NCBI RefSeq assembly: GCF_000019345.1
Contig: NC_010503.1
Location: 390,001 to 422,000, forward strand
Direction: 5' to 3'
Length of the DNA: 32,000 nucleotides
DNA from: Ureaplasma parvum serovar 3 str. ATCC 27815
Lineage (GTDB): Bacteria; Bacillota_I; Bacilli_A; Mycoplasmatales; Mycoplasmoidaceae
The notes beneath the pieces were generated by a model. The model made no database searches, was not told where the DNA came from, and saw only the letters and a program-made list of their open reading frames with translations. Both the position numbers and the translations under genes were made by a program. Below are positions 1 through 10,875 of this stretch, in pieces. How positions within the stretch are numbered: the stretch's first letter is position 1; every line of letters begins with the position of its first letter.

Positions 1-2
1 TT

Positions 3-158
3 AAAGAACGTGATCATCGTGATATGACTCGCAAAATTGCTCCACTTAAAAAAGCAAACGATGCTGTTGAAATTTTTAACGATAACATGAAATTAGATGA
101 ATGTGTACAACATTTGTATGAAATTTATTTAAAAAAAATAAAAAAGCTAAATTTTTAA
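3..158 (+). CDS. cmk: cytidylate kinase, C-terminal fragment (5' end outside window)
   Basis: Frame 3 reads [28 protein letters not shown]...KKLNF and stops at TAA 156-158. ERDxRDxxRxxAPLxxAxDA matches the conserved C-terminal signature of Cmk. Confidence 0.65.
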
Positions 159-234
159 TAAAAAAATAACAAACAAAATTAAAACTTTCATTTTTCTATA
201 AATCTCATAATTTATTAATGAGGTGTATATATTT

Positions 235-522
235 ATGAATTTTGATATTAATTTAATTAATGAAAATGATTATGTTTTTAGTGGATACATTATTTTAAAA
301 AAACACAATGAAGAAATTATCGAATTACTAACTTATTTAGGCGATGATCCTATTAATGATGAAGCCAAAATCATAACTTTATATAATAATGATCATATTG
401 ATCTAAAAAATCTTAATGATGGAGATTTAATTATTGTAAAAGCAAGTTTAATTATAAATAATAAAAATAACAAACAATTATTGCTTAAAGATATTAATAA
501 ACTAGAGTTAAGTATTAACTAA
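235..522 (+). CDS. small hypothetical protein (95 aa)
   Basis: Track ORF 223..522. ATG at 235 follows AGGTG (221-225). No motif recognised. GTG at 223 is an alternative start. Confidence 0.5.
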   Translation: MNFDINLINENDYVFSGYIILKKHNEEIIELLTYLGDDPINDEAKIITLYNNDHIDLKNLNDGDLIIVKASLIINNKNNKQLLLKDINKLELSIN

Positions 523-543
523 TTATTTTCAAATAATTAGTTA
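516..543 (+). terminator. perfect 12-bp AT-rich hairpin overlapping the stop codon of the small ORF; possible weak terminator
   Basis: taactaattatt (516-527), loop ttca, aataattagtta (532-543). The arms are exact reverse complements. Only one G:C pair and no clean T-tail. Confidence 0.3.
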
Positions 544-573
544 ATCATATTTATAATAATTAATGGTGGTATA

Positions 574-1368
574 ATGAATTTTTTAAAAACCTTACTGTGA
601 TTTGTTGCATATCCTTTTGTAGCATTATACATAATAATTCAAATGATTTTAGCGGCTATGATGGCAAATAAATATAAAAATGATCCAGAGTCTGTTAGCG
701 TTAATGAGCGCTATAAAAAAATAATGGGTATTATTGATGCTATTTTATATTTAAAAAATATTAAAGTAGATTTGATTGGTAAAGAAAATGTTAGTATAAA
801 AAGCATGTTATACATAGGTAATCACAAATCTAATGGTGATCCAATTGTTTTATTAAAGGCTCTTTATCAAATTAGCCCTCATAATGTGCGTTTTGTTGCT
901 AAAATTGAATTAAAAAAATCATTTTTAAAATTTTTATTTAATTTAATTGATGTAATTTACATTGACCGTAATAATTTAAGACAATCAATTTCAACAATTA
1001 ATGAACAAGTTAATGCTTTAAAACAAGATTATCGTGGATTAGTTATTTTTCCAGAAGGAACACGAAATTTTAATCATGAATTTAATGAGTTTAAATCAGG
1101 CGCTTTAACAGCTGCTTATAATACATTATCTTCGATTCAACCTTTTGTGATTTTTAACTCACAAGGTTCGTTTGAAATGAAAAACGATCAAAAGCAAAAG
1201 TTAAGATCAAATCCTTTTAAAACCCAACATATTAAAGTTAGTTTTTTAGAACCAATTCATTCTTTTAATTACATTAATATTAATAAAGATATTTTAATGC
1301 GTAAGATTCAATCAAACATTAAAAAAAATTATGATGAATTGTTAAAATCAACAATTAAAACAAATTAA
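574..1368 (+). CDS. plsC: 1-acyl-sn-glycerol-3-phosphate acyltransferase
   Basis: ATG 574 follows GGTGG and is in frame with track ORF 643..1368 through one TGA (LLWFVAY). Acyltransferase HX4D motif (NHKSNGDP) and FPEGTR motif are both present. Confidence 0.85.
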
Positions 1369-1508
1369 TTTTCATTAACAGTAAATACTTTAAATAAATT
1401 AAAAAAAGTTTATTGAATTTATTGTTTTTTTATACTAAAAGTATTTTTAAAACTAATTTTTTTTATAATTAATTTATAAGTTTAATATAATAATTTTTGG
1501 TGAATAGA

Positions 1509-2384
1509 ATGAGTGAAAAGCAAATCCAAAATAGTTTATTTGAATATAAGTTTATTGATTTTAACGGTCCATTAGATACATTGTGTGTTTTAATTAAACA
1601 AAAACGTTTAGATATTAATAATTTAGATATTTTAGAGTTGTCAAAACAATATGTTAATTTTGTAAATCAATTAATTAAAACGATCGATATTGATATTTTA
1701 GGTGACCATTTAGCAATGGCTTCTTATTTACTAGAACTTAAGACTCGAATGTTGATGCCAACTGTTGATGAAAAACAAATTATGAGTATTGAAGAAGATC
1801 GCCAAAATTTAATTGATCGTTTAATTGAATACAATGGTTATAAAAATTTAAGCGAACATTTAAAACAACGTTTTGAATTTAGAGCAACTATGATGGATTT
1901 ACCACAACAAGATTATGAGCAATTTTATTTAAAAGATGCAATTTATAAGCCTTTGCCAAATCATTTAGACTCCATGATCTTAAAAAATATTATGGATAAA
2001 ATCATTTATGAAAATGAATTAAAAAATTATAAAATTAATAAGATTAAAGTTCATGAATATGATGTTAAACAATTAGAACAATTGTTATTAAATTATTTAA
2101 AACAATCGCCTAATCAACAAGCAAGTATGCTTAGTTTTTTTGATATACAAGCAGTGATTGATAAAAATAAACGTTTTTTTGCAATAATGTTTTTAATTAT
2201 TTTAATTTTAATTAATCGTAATGAAATTTTATTTGAAGAATTAGATAATGATTATTTATTAAAAATTAATATTGAAAGAGTTGTTGATGATTATAATTCT
2301 AGTAGTGTAGAACAAGCTAAAAATTTAACAAGTAATTTAACAAAAGATACAATTATTAATTTTAAAGGTGAAGACAATGAATAA
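1509..2384 (+). CDS. scpA: segregation and condensation protein A
   Basis: Track ORF 1497..2384. FNGPLDTLCVLIKQKRLDINNLDILELSKQY matches the ScpA N-terminal signature (FxGPLDLLLxLIxKxKxDI). ATG at 1509 preferred over TTG at 1497. Confidence 0.85.
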   Translation: MSEKQIQNSLFEYKFIDFNGPLDTLCVLIKQKRLDINNLDILELSKQYVNFVNQLIKTIDIDILGDHLAMASYLLELKTRMLMPTVDEKQIMSIEEDRQNLIDRLIEYNGYKNLSEHLKQRFEFRATMMDLPQQDYEQFYLKDAIYKPLPNHLDSMILKNIMDKIIYENELKNYKINKIKVHEYDVKQLEQLLLNYLKQSPNQQASMLSFFDIQAVIDKNKRFFAIMFLIILILINRNEILFEELDNDYLLKINIERVVDDYNSSSVEQAKNLTSNLTKDTIINFKGEDNE

Positions 2385-3471
2385 TGATAAAAAAAATAAA
2401 AAGAATTTATTAAATAATGAATTAGATTTAGCTAAATATACATTACATAATCTATCCGCAGATAACAATGATGATGAAAATGAATTAGAATTAGATTGAG
2501 ATGGTATTGATGATGAAATTATTGATAACAATCAACAAATTTATCAAAAAAAACACATTAATCATAAAACTCGTTTATTTATAGAAAAAGATGATAAGTT
2601 AAATAATCATGAACAAATTGAATCAGGCAACGAAATTATTAATCAACCAAAAGCATTATCAGGTCAAGATTTCTTAGAGTTTGTTAATTCTAAATTAGTA
2701 CAAAAAAATAATAATTTTAAGCAAAATTCTAAATTCTTGCAGAATCAATTAACCAATCATGAATTATTACGTGAAAAATTAAAACCACAAGAAGATTTTA
2801 ACAAGATATTTAAAACAAAAGATATTAATGTTACTGAAGAAATTAAAATTAAGGATGTTAAAAAAAATAGTAGTGTTTCTTTTCGAAATTCATTTAATAT
2901 AAATGATTTGAATCAAAATCAAATTACAAACATTAAATCAATTATTGATTCTACACTGTTTTTAGCTGGTGAAGAAGGTGTTTCTTTGCAAGATTTAAAA
3001 AGAACAACAGGATTAAATGAGAGTTCTCAACTTAAAACAATTTTAAATCAATTACAAAAAGACTATGACGTTGATGATTCGGGTTTAGTTTTAGTACAAT
3101 TTGGTGAAAAATTTAAATTATTAACTCAATCCAAAAATAAAGATGCTTTATCAAAATTTGTTACAACAAGTTTTAGAACTCCCTTAAGTCAAAGAAATTT
3201 AGAAACGCTTGCTATTATTGCTTATAATCAACCAACAACTCGTGCAAAAATTCAAGCAATTCGTGATCGTGATCCCAAACCTGCCATTGACGCTCTTTTA
3301 AAATTGAATTTGATTATAGAAGCAGGCCGTCAAGACACACCAGGTCACCCAATTTTATATACTGTTAGTCAAAAATTTTATGATTTATTTGGTATAAGAA
3401 ATTTAACAGAATTACCAAGATTAAATAAAGAAATAAATGAATTTAGTCCTATTGATGAATCAACTAACTAA
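2377..3471 (+). CDS. scpB: segregation and condensation protein B with long N-terminal extension (364 aa)
   Basis: ATG 2377 overlaps the scpA stop (ATGA). I translated 2377-2736 by hand and found it open, with one TGA=W, and in frame with track ORF 2737..3471. The ScpB core is LFLAGEEGVSLQDL...LETLAIIAYNQPTTRAKIQAIR...L...GLI. Confidence 0.8.
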
Positions 3472-3489
3472 TAAAAAAATCTTTATAAA

Positions 3490-3498
3490 TGTTAAAAT
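3490..3498 (+). promoter_or_regulatory. candidate extended -10 (TGtTAAAAT) upstream of tig
   Basis: tgttaaaat at 3490-3498, 68 nt upstream of the tig ATG. AT-rich context, so specificity is low. Confidence 0.3.
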
Positions 3499-3565
3499 AT
3501 AAAAATATTATGTAAACTTTATATTAACATACATGATGTAATAAACGTTAATTGGTGGAATATAT

Positions 3566-4915
3566 ATGAAATTACTAAATAAAATTAAGAACGAAAATGC
3601 GATTGAATTTCAAATTTTAATTGAAAAATCAGAATGAGAGAAAAAACACAAAGAATCATTTGAAAAAATTGCAAAAAAAACAGCTTCAAAATTAAAAATT
3701 CCTGGTTTTCGTCCAGGAAAAGTTCCGGTTGAAGAAGCTAAAAAACACGTTAATGAAATTGAAGTTTTTGAAACAACAACAAATGATTTAATACCGCAAG
3801 TTTTAACTTTTTTAGAACAAGATGAATCATTTATAAATGATGATTCAGAAACTGTTGACACTCCAAGTGTTGATATATTAGATTTTAAAGATGGAGAACT
3901 AAGTTTAAAAGTTGTTTATGATTTATACCCTGTTGCGACAATTGAAAGTTATAACGATTTAATTTTAACACCAATTGTGAATGAAGCTTTTGAACATGAA
4001 GTTAATGCTGAAATTGAACATGCATTAAATTCTAAATCACAAAGACGTGTTAAAGATGATAATGAATTCATTGAAAAAGGGGATGAAGTTCGATTTGATT
4101 TTAAAGGGATGATTGATAGTGTGCCTTTTGAAGGTGGAAGTGCTAAAGATCATTTATTAACAATTGGATCTAATCAATTTATTCCAGGATTTGAAGATCA
4201 AATGATAGGTTTAAAAAAAGATGAACGTAAAAATATTAATGTTAAATTTCCAGATGATTATCATGCAACCGATTTAGCAGGCAAAGCAGCAGTATTTGAA
4301 GTTTTTATCAAAGAAATTACAAATGTAAAGCCACAAGAATTAAATGATGAATTTGCTAAATCATTTAATTTGCCTAATGTTAATACAGTTCAAGAATTAA
4401 AAGATTATATTCACAATCAAATTGTTTTAGCTAAACAAGAAAAGAATAGTGAACGTGCCTGATTAGAGATTGCTCAACAATTATTAGCTAAAGCAAAGAT
4501 AACACCAATTCCTCAATCATTAATTGATCGTGAAGTTTCAACATTAAGACAACAAGTTTTATCACAATTATCACAATATAAAATTGAATTAAAACAATAT
4601 TTGGAATTTAGTAAAAAATCAGAAGCACAATTTCAAGAAGACTTGATAAGACAAGCTAAAGAAACTATAACTTTAGCACTGTTAGTTGATGATATTGCTG
4701 AAACACAAAATATTGTTGTATCTGATGAAGAAGTTAAAGAACGTGTTGCGGAAATGGCTAAACTATACCAAGGGGAAGAACAAGCTGTTATTGAACAATT
4801 ATCAAAAAATCCTGATGCTGTTAAAGAGTTCTTGTTACATAAAAAAGTTGTTAATTATTTAATTGACTTAAACAAAAATAATCAGCCAAAAAATACAACT
4901 TTATCTTCAAAATAA
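3566..4915 (+). CDS. tig: trigger factor
   Basis: ATG 3566 follows GGTGG. The frame runs through TGA codons into track ORFs 3977..4462 and 4601..4915. IPGFRPGKVP motif and an FKBP-type PPIase core (FDFKGMIDSVPFEGGSAKDHLLTIGSNQFIPGFEDQMIG) are present. Confidence 0.9.
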
Positions 4916-4975
4916 AGACAATCAAATAAGAATTAAAGAAAATTTAGGACAAAAAGGCAAAATCAATGTATAAAA

Positions 4976-5002
4976 TTAGCACTCGTAATAATAGTTTGCT
5001 AA
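4976..5002 (+). promoter_or_regulatory. CIRCE-like HrcA operator upstream of lon
   Basis: TTAGCACTC-N9-GTTTGCTAA. The left arm equals the CIRCE consensus TTAGCACTC. The right arm matches GAGTGCTAA at 7 of 9 positions. Spacer is exactly 9 nt. Confidence 0.7.
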
Positions 5003-5025
5003 TTTTTATTTGTTTTTGTTATAAT
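4996..5025 (+). promoter_or_regulatory. lon promoter: -35 TTGCTA, 18-nt spacer, extended -10 TGtTATAAT
   Basis: ttgcta at 4996-5001 lies inside the right CIRCE arm. tgt+tataat at 5017-5025, 36 nt upstream of the lon ATG. Confidence 0.5.
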
Positions 5026-5061
5026 ATCTTAATACAATAAAGATTAGAAAAGAGGTTGTTA

Positions 5062-7437
5062 ATGAAAAAACCTATCTTAATATCACGAGCAATTGTTGTT
5101 TTACCTTATGAAACAACAACAATTGAAGTAGGACGCCCTAAATCAATCCAAGCGATTGATTTAGCTAAACAATCTTCAAGTAAAGAAATTATTATTATTT
5201 CACAAAAAGATATTGATACTGATGAAGTTGTTAATTTTGATGAATTGTATAAAGTAGGAACGTTAGTTAAAATTAAATCTATTATTGATAATTTTGATGA
5301 AGGTTATTCAATTGAAGTTGAAGGATTAAAAGCTGTTTACATTAATAATGAGAATGATGTTATTGATGCTATTGAATATGAATATGAAGATGTCATTACA
5401 AACCCTATTTTATCAAATAAAGATGAAATAGCAATCAATGGTATTAATTCTGAAATTTTCAATATAATTAACAAGCGTTCAAGACATAAAAATATCAATT
5501 TTGATAATATGCACGCTTTAATTTCACTTGAAAAAGAAAAGTTTGCTTATTTAGCTGCGGCAACTTATATTAATGATTATGATAATGAAATTAGTGAAAA
5601 AACTATTGAAGATCGAATTAATATCTTATTGCAACCTAATTTATTATTAGTTCATGAGACAATTTTACATTTATTATTTGATCAATTAGTAGATAAGCGC
5701 GTTATTGAAGATGAAGTTGAAAAAACTATTACTGATAAAATTAATAATAATTTTCAAAAACAACAACGTGAGTTCTATTTACGCGAAAAATTAAAAGTTG
5801 TTAAAGAACAATTAGGTGAACTAAGTAGTCGTGAAGAAGACGCTGATAAAATTCGTGCAAAAATTGAAGATTTAGAATTACCACCAAATGTTAAAGAACG
5901 TGCTTTAGCTGAATTAAATCGTTTTGAGAATGCTATGTCATCAAATGAATCATCAGTTATTAAATCATATCTTGATTGATTATTGGATTTACCATGAACT
6001 CAACAGGGTGTTGATAATACTGATTTGATGTCTGTAAGAACTCATTTAGATGATAATCACTATGGTATTGAAAAGGTAAAAGAAAGAATTTTAGAGTATT
6101 TAGCATTACGTATGCGTAACCCTAATCTTAAAGGTCCAATCATTTGTTTAGTTGGCCCTCCAGGTGTTGGTAAAACATCACTTGTTACTTCGATTGCACA
6201 AGCTTTAAATAAAAAATTTGTTAAAGTTAGTTTAGGTGGTGTGCGAGATGAATCTGAAATTCGAGGTCATCGTAAAACTTATGTTGGAGCTATGCCCGGA
6301 CGTATTATTAAGGGTATGAAAAAGGCTGGCGTTATCAATCCTTTATTCCTATTAGATGAAATTGATAAAATGACATCTGATCAACGAGGAGATCCTGCTG
6401 CCGCAATGCTTGAAGTATTAGATCCTGAACAAAATAAAAATTTTTCAGATAATTACATTGAAGAAGAATATGATTTGAGCAAAGTGATGTTTATGGCAAC
6501 AGCTAATTATTATCAACAAATTCCTTATGCTTTGATTGATCGTTTAGAAGTAATTGAACTATCGAGTTATACAGCAATTGAAAAACGTGAAATAGCAAAA
6601 TCACATCTATTAAAAAGAATTTTTATGGATGCTAAATTAAATGAAAATGAACTTATTTTTACTGATGATGCTTTAGATTTTATTATTAATCATTATACTA
6701 AAGAAGCTGGAGTACGAGAATTAGATCGTCAATTAGGTCATATTGTACGCAAGTACATTGTTGAAACTTATAAGAATAAAAATAATCAATCACCTTTGAA
6801 TTTAAAAGTTGATGAAGCCATGATTATTAAATATTTAGGTAAAATTAAGTTTGATTTTAATAAAAAAGAAGAGACAACAATTCCAGGAATTGTTAATGGA
6901 ATGGCTTATACAGCGGCTGGTGGCGATTTATTGCCTATTGAAGTTAATCATTCAACCAATGGAAAAGGTGGAAATGTAACTATTACTGGAAATCTTGAAA
7001 AAACAATGAATGAATCTGTATCTGTTGCTTTAGGTTTTGTTAAAGCAAATGCAGATAAATATGGCATTGATACTAAAAAAGTTTCTTTTAAAGAAATTGA
7101 TATTCATGTTCATGTTCCAAGCGGAGGAATTCCTAAAGATGGACCGTCTGCTGGAATTGCGATTACAACAGCAATTATTAGTTCATTAAGTCAAAGACCA
7201 GTGCGTACAACACTATCAATGACAGGAGAAATTATGCTACGTGGTAATGTTGGAATTATTGGTGGTGTTAAAGAAAAAGTTATTTCAGCATATCGTGCTG
7301 GAGTTCGTGAAATTATTTTACCAATTGATGACGAACGTTACTTAGAAGATGTTCCAAAGTATATATTAGATGATATTAAAATTCATTTGGTAAAACACTA
7401 TGATGAAGTTTATAATATTGTTTTTGGAGAAAAATAA
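5062..7437 (+). CDS. lon: ATP-dependent Lon protease
   Basis: Track ORFs 5056..5979 and 6025..7437 are in frame, joined through TGA codons in YLDWLLDLPWTQQ. Walker A GPPGVGKTS and the catalytic PKDGPSAG serine motif are present. ATG 5062 follows GAGG. Confidence 0.95.
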
Positions 7438-7445
7438 GAAATATT

Positions 7446-7476
7446 AAAAAATAAACACTGAAGTGTTTATTTTTTA
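7446..7476 (+). terminator. rho-independent terminator after lon
   Basis: ataaacac (7451-7458), loop tgaa, gtgtttat (7463-7470), then TTTTT. Confidence 0.7.
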
Positions 7477-7480
7477 ATTA

Positions 7481-7489
7481 TGTTATAAT
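7481..7489 (+). promoter_or_regulatory. candidate extended -10 (TGtTATAAT) for rpoD
   Basis: tgttataat at 7481-7489, 34 nt upstream of ATG 7523. GAGGA ribosome-binding site at about 7511. Confidence 0.45.
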
Positions 7490-7522
7490 TAAAATTAAAA
7501 TATGAGCGATGAGGATATTTAG

Positions 7523-8869
7523 ATGTCAACAAAACAAAATGAACCATTATTTGTAAATCTAGAGGATTTAAAACAAAAAGTTAAATTATCATTTACTGAA
7601 GAATTCTCATTTTCGTATGCACTTTCTGAACTTGAAGCAGGAATTTTTGAAAGTCGTAATTTAAAAGGTGCAGATGCTGGTGATCCTGAAGAAATTTTAT
7701 TAAATGTGGTTTTAGATGTTAGTAAGAAAAAACGTTCTCGAAATGAAATTAAATTTAATAAACTTCAAAATTATTTTATTCATATGAATTTACGTGAAGA
7801 ACACTTTAGTGAAATTATTGATGTTCTAGAAGCTATTGGAATTCGTGTGCCTGATTATGATTTGGTGATGCAATCAAAATCAAAGACAAACACCAAAAAA
7901 AAGGATGAATATGGTATTGATGATACTTTAGAAATTAGCACATCAAAAATTGGTTTTTCATCAACAACAACCGAAAAAGTTGATGATGGTATTAAAGCTT
8001 ATTTAGGAGTACTTGGAGAATCAAAAATGTTACGCTCTGATGAGGAAACTGAATATGCTAAAATGGTTATTAGTGACGATCCATCTCTAGTTAAAATTGG
8101 TAAAAATCAACTTTATACATCAAATATGCGTTTAGTTACTTCTATTGCTAAAAAATATTTAAATCGTGGATTAGACTTAGAAGATTTAATTCAAGAAGGG
8201 TCATCCGGTTTATTAAAAGCAATTGATAAATTTGATCATGAAAAAGGACATAAATTTAGTACATATGCAACATGATGAATTCGCCAATCAATTACGCGCG
8301 CAATTGCTGATCAAGCTCGACAAATTCGAATTCCTGTTCATATGGTTGAAACAATTAACAAATTAACTAAAGCCGAGCGAAATTTAATTCAAGAATTAGG
8401 AAGGGATCCAACGGCTGAAGAAATTGCGCAAGCTATGAACAAAGTTTCACAAGCAAAAAATCAAAAAGAACAGTTAATCACTGCACAAAAAGTTGTTGAG
8501 ATTAAAAAATTAAATGTTGACCCAGTTTCATTAGATAAACAAATTGGTCATGATGAAGAATCACAATTTTCAGATTTCATTTCTGATGATGAAATTATTT
8601 CTCCAGAAAAATATACTGAAAAAAAAGCATTAAATGATCAGATTAATGAAATGTTTGAAAAAGTTTTAAACGATAATGAACAACGTGTTATTAAAATGCG
8701 GTATGGTTTATTACCCTTCGAACGTCCTTATACACTTGAAGAAGTTGGTGAATATTTAGGAGTTACACGCGAACGTGCACGTCAAATTGAATCAAAAGCA
8801 ATTCGTAAATTAAAACATCCATCAAAAACCGCAAAACTACGTTCATTTATTGGTGAATCCGAAAACTAG
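7523..8869 (+). CDS. rpoD: RNA polymerase sigma factor RpoD (sigma-70 family)
   Basis: Track ORFs 7523..8275 and 8342..8869 join across two TGA codons in the region 2.3 motif [19 protein letters not shown]. Region 4.2 is [26 protein letters not shown]. Confidence 0.95.
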
Positions 8870-9518
8870 AATTGCTTTTATTGCTGATTTAATTAATGAC
8901 GCTCAAAATGTTGTCGATGTTGGTAGTGATCACGCATATTTAGCTAAAATCTTATTGGTTAACAATAAAGCACAACATGTTACTAATATAGAAGTTAATC
9001 AAGGTCCATTAGAAAACGGAATCAATAATTTGACTAAAAATAATCTTTTAAAACGAACTACTAATATTTTGAATGATGGTTTCAAGGGATTAATTTTGGA
9101 ACAAACATTTGATTATTGTGTTATTGCAGGGATGGGAGCAACAAGTATAATAGAAATTTTAGAACAGAATAAAAATCAAATTAAAAATTATATTTTACAA
9201 CCAAATACTCAATCATATAAAATACGTAAATATCTAAATAATCACTCATATCAAATTAAAGTTGAACACATTTTTGTTGAAAAAAAAATTTTTTATGAAA
9301 TAATCATTTGTTCTAAAACTATTAATGTACCAAAATTAATAGAAAAAGATTATTATATAAGTAGCCAGATGCATAAGGATTCATTGAATTTATATTTTAA
9401 ATTTTTAAAGAGACGTTATGAATACTTAAAAGCTTTGGATATTTCGCTAGTTAGTGAAAATATAGTTAAAGAATATGAATATATAAAGGAATTTATTAAT
9501 GAAAAAAATGGATATTAA
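8850..9518 (+). CDS. trmK: tRNA (adenine22-N1)-methyltransferase, TrmK/YqfN family
   Basis: DVGSDHAYLAKILL ... NIEVNQGPL ... DYCVIAGMGATSIIEIL matches the TrmK signature (DVGSDHAYLP...IAGMGG..I..IL). Start is uncertain between TTG 8850 and GTG 8853. Overlaps the rpoD 3' end. Confidence 0.75.
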   Translation: MVNPKTRIAFIADLINDAQNVVDVGSDHAYLAKILLVNNKAQHVTNIEVNQGPLENGINNLTKNNLLKRTTNILNDGFKGLILEQTFDYCVIAGMGATSIIEILEQNKNQIKNYILQPNTQSYKIRKYLNNHSYQIKVEHIFVEKKIFYEIIICSKTINVPKLIEKDYYISSQMHKDSLNLYFKFLKRRYEYLKALDISLVSENIVKEYEYIKEFINEKNGY

Positions 9519-10287
9519 AGCACAAGATATTTTGAATTTTTTAACTAAAAAATATGACTTATCAAAAGCTGAAGCTTGAGATAAAAATGGTTTATTTTTT
9601 GATGAACAACAAACAATTAATAATGTACAAATAGCATTAGATATCACAGATGATGTTGTTAATGATGCAATATTAAATAATGCTAATTTAATTATTAGTC
9701 ATCATCCATTATTTACAAATCAAGATTCAAATGATGAAGTAAATTATTTTGTTAATATCGATTTAATTGAAAAAATTAAAAAAAATAAAATCAGCTTAAT
9801 TCATTTACATACAGCATTTGATGCATCAGCAAATGGAATGAGCATGCAAATGGCTAAACGTTTAGGCTTATTGAATCTTAAGCAAGATGAACAGAATCCA
9901 TATCTTGTTGTAGGAGAATTAAAATTAGGTGTTAGTGTTGATTACATTAGTCGGATTATTAAACAAAAATTTTTATCACCTATTATTAAATATAACAACG
10001 TTTTTAGACTAGAAACAAATCTTAAAAAAATTGGTATTATAGGAGGTAGTGGTTATAAATTTGCTGATGACGCATTTAATCGTTATCAACTAGATATGTT
10101 AATTACAAGTGATTTAAAATATCATAATTGATTAGATGCACAAGCTAAAAAACAAAATATTATTGATATGAACCATTTGTCTGAATCAATTTTTATAGAT
10201 GTAATTTATGATGAATTAACAAAATTTTATGGAAATGATGCAAATTTAAATAAATCTTTATCAATTATAAAAATTAACTATATTTAA
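9499..10287 (+). CDS. NIF3-family metal-binding protein (YqfO-like)
   Basis: ATG 9499 is in frame with track ORF 9838..10131 through TGA codons. AEAWDKNGLFF and IISHHPLF are NIF3 motifs. The sigA-neighbourhood pairing of trmK and NIF3 resembles that in Firmicutes. Stop is TAA at 10285-10287. Confidence 0.8.
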
Positions 10288-10290
10288 TTA

Positions 10291-10316
10291 AAAAAAGCCT
10301 TTAGGGCCTTTTTTAA
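10291..10316. terminator. bidirectional terminator between convergent genes
   Basis: aaaaaagcc-tttag-ggccttttttt. A GC-containing stem with one bulge, flanked by A6 and T6 runs. Confidence 0.5.
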
Positions 10317-10646
10317 TTAAATTTTTAAATCAAGATATGCAAGTAATTCAATAATTGCTTTTTTACGATATGCATAATATGTTGAATAACTATAAGGTAA
10401 TTCACAAATTCTTTTATTTTGAATATAAATTTCTTTAATAATTTGAGCACTAGTTTTATCTAATGCTTCTAGAACTTGCTCAACATATTCAACAAAATGC
10501 TCCCATTTTAAATATTTTTGATCATCTTTTGGATCATAATCTTTTAATTGACGATATAGTTCTCGATTTTTGCATTGAAATTTAGCAAATAAATATTCTT
10601 TAAAAAATTTTTTTACCTTAGCCATATCTATTTTACTAATACACAT
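10317..10646 (-). CDS. small (109 aa) putative DNA-binding regulator with a sigma-70 region-4 / ArpU-like C-terminal HTH
   Basis: Track ORF. GGAGG lies 4 nt upstream of ATG 10646; ATG 10625 is an alternative. The C-terminus SAQIIKEIYIQNKRICELPYSYSTYYAYRKKAIIELLAYL follows the pattern LSxxExxIIxLxY....E...S.STYYRxKKKAxxKLA by eye only. Confidence 0.5.
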   Translation of the reverse strand: MCISKIDMAKVKKFFKEYLFAKFQCKNRELYRQLKDYDPKDDQKYLKWEHFVEYVEQVLEALDKTSAQIIKEIYIQNKRICELPYSYSTYYAYRKKAIIELLAYLDLKI

Positions 10647-10830
10647 AAAACCTCCATCTTTTTTAATAAAAATAAAGCAAGTATAATTAAATTAAAATAT
10701 ATTTTTTCAGTTTAAGAATATCAAAAATGTACAGAAAATATTTATTTTTTTATATAAAATTTTAGAAATTTTTTCTAAATTTATTTAATATTTGAACTTT
10801 AAATATAAAAATAATTTATATTTACATGGA

Positions 10831-10875
10831 ACAAAAAAAGATGATAGCATTTTAAATGTGAAATCATCTTTTTTA
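10831..10875 (-). terminator. rho-independent terminator of the membrane-protein gene (minus strand)
   Basis: 12-bp perfect stem 10834-10845 / 10863-10874 (aaaaaagatgat / atcatctttttt) with a 17-nt loop. Read on the minus strand it ends in a T7 run and overlaps the TAA stop. Confidence 0.6.

Noticed and set aside
1369-1508. Hairpin aataaatt / aatttatt followed by a T-run, as a plsC terminator
   Set aside because: The 8-bp stem is entirely A:T with a 15-nt loop, so its predicted stability is too low to call. It may still contribute to termination, but the sequence alone does not support it.
10761-10779. 8-bp palindrome tttagaaa-ttt-tttctaaa upstream of the sigma-like gene as a candidate autoregulatory operator
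   Set aside because: Short AT-only palindromes of this size are expected by chance many times in a window of this composition, and there is no second copy or supporting context. It would be worth checking only if the regulator is studied.
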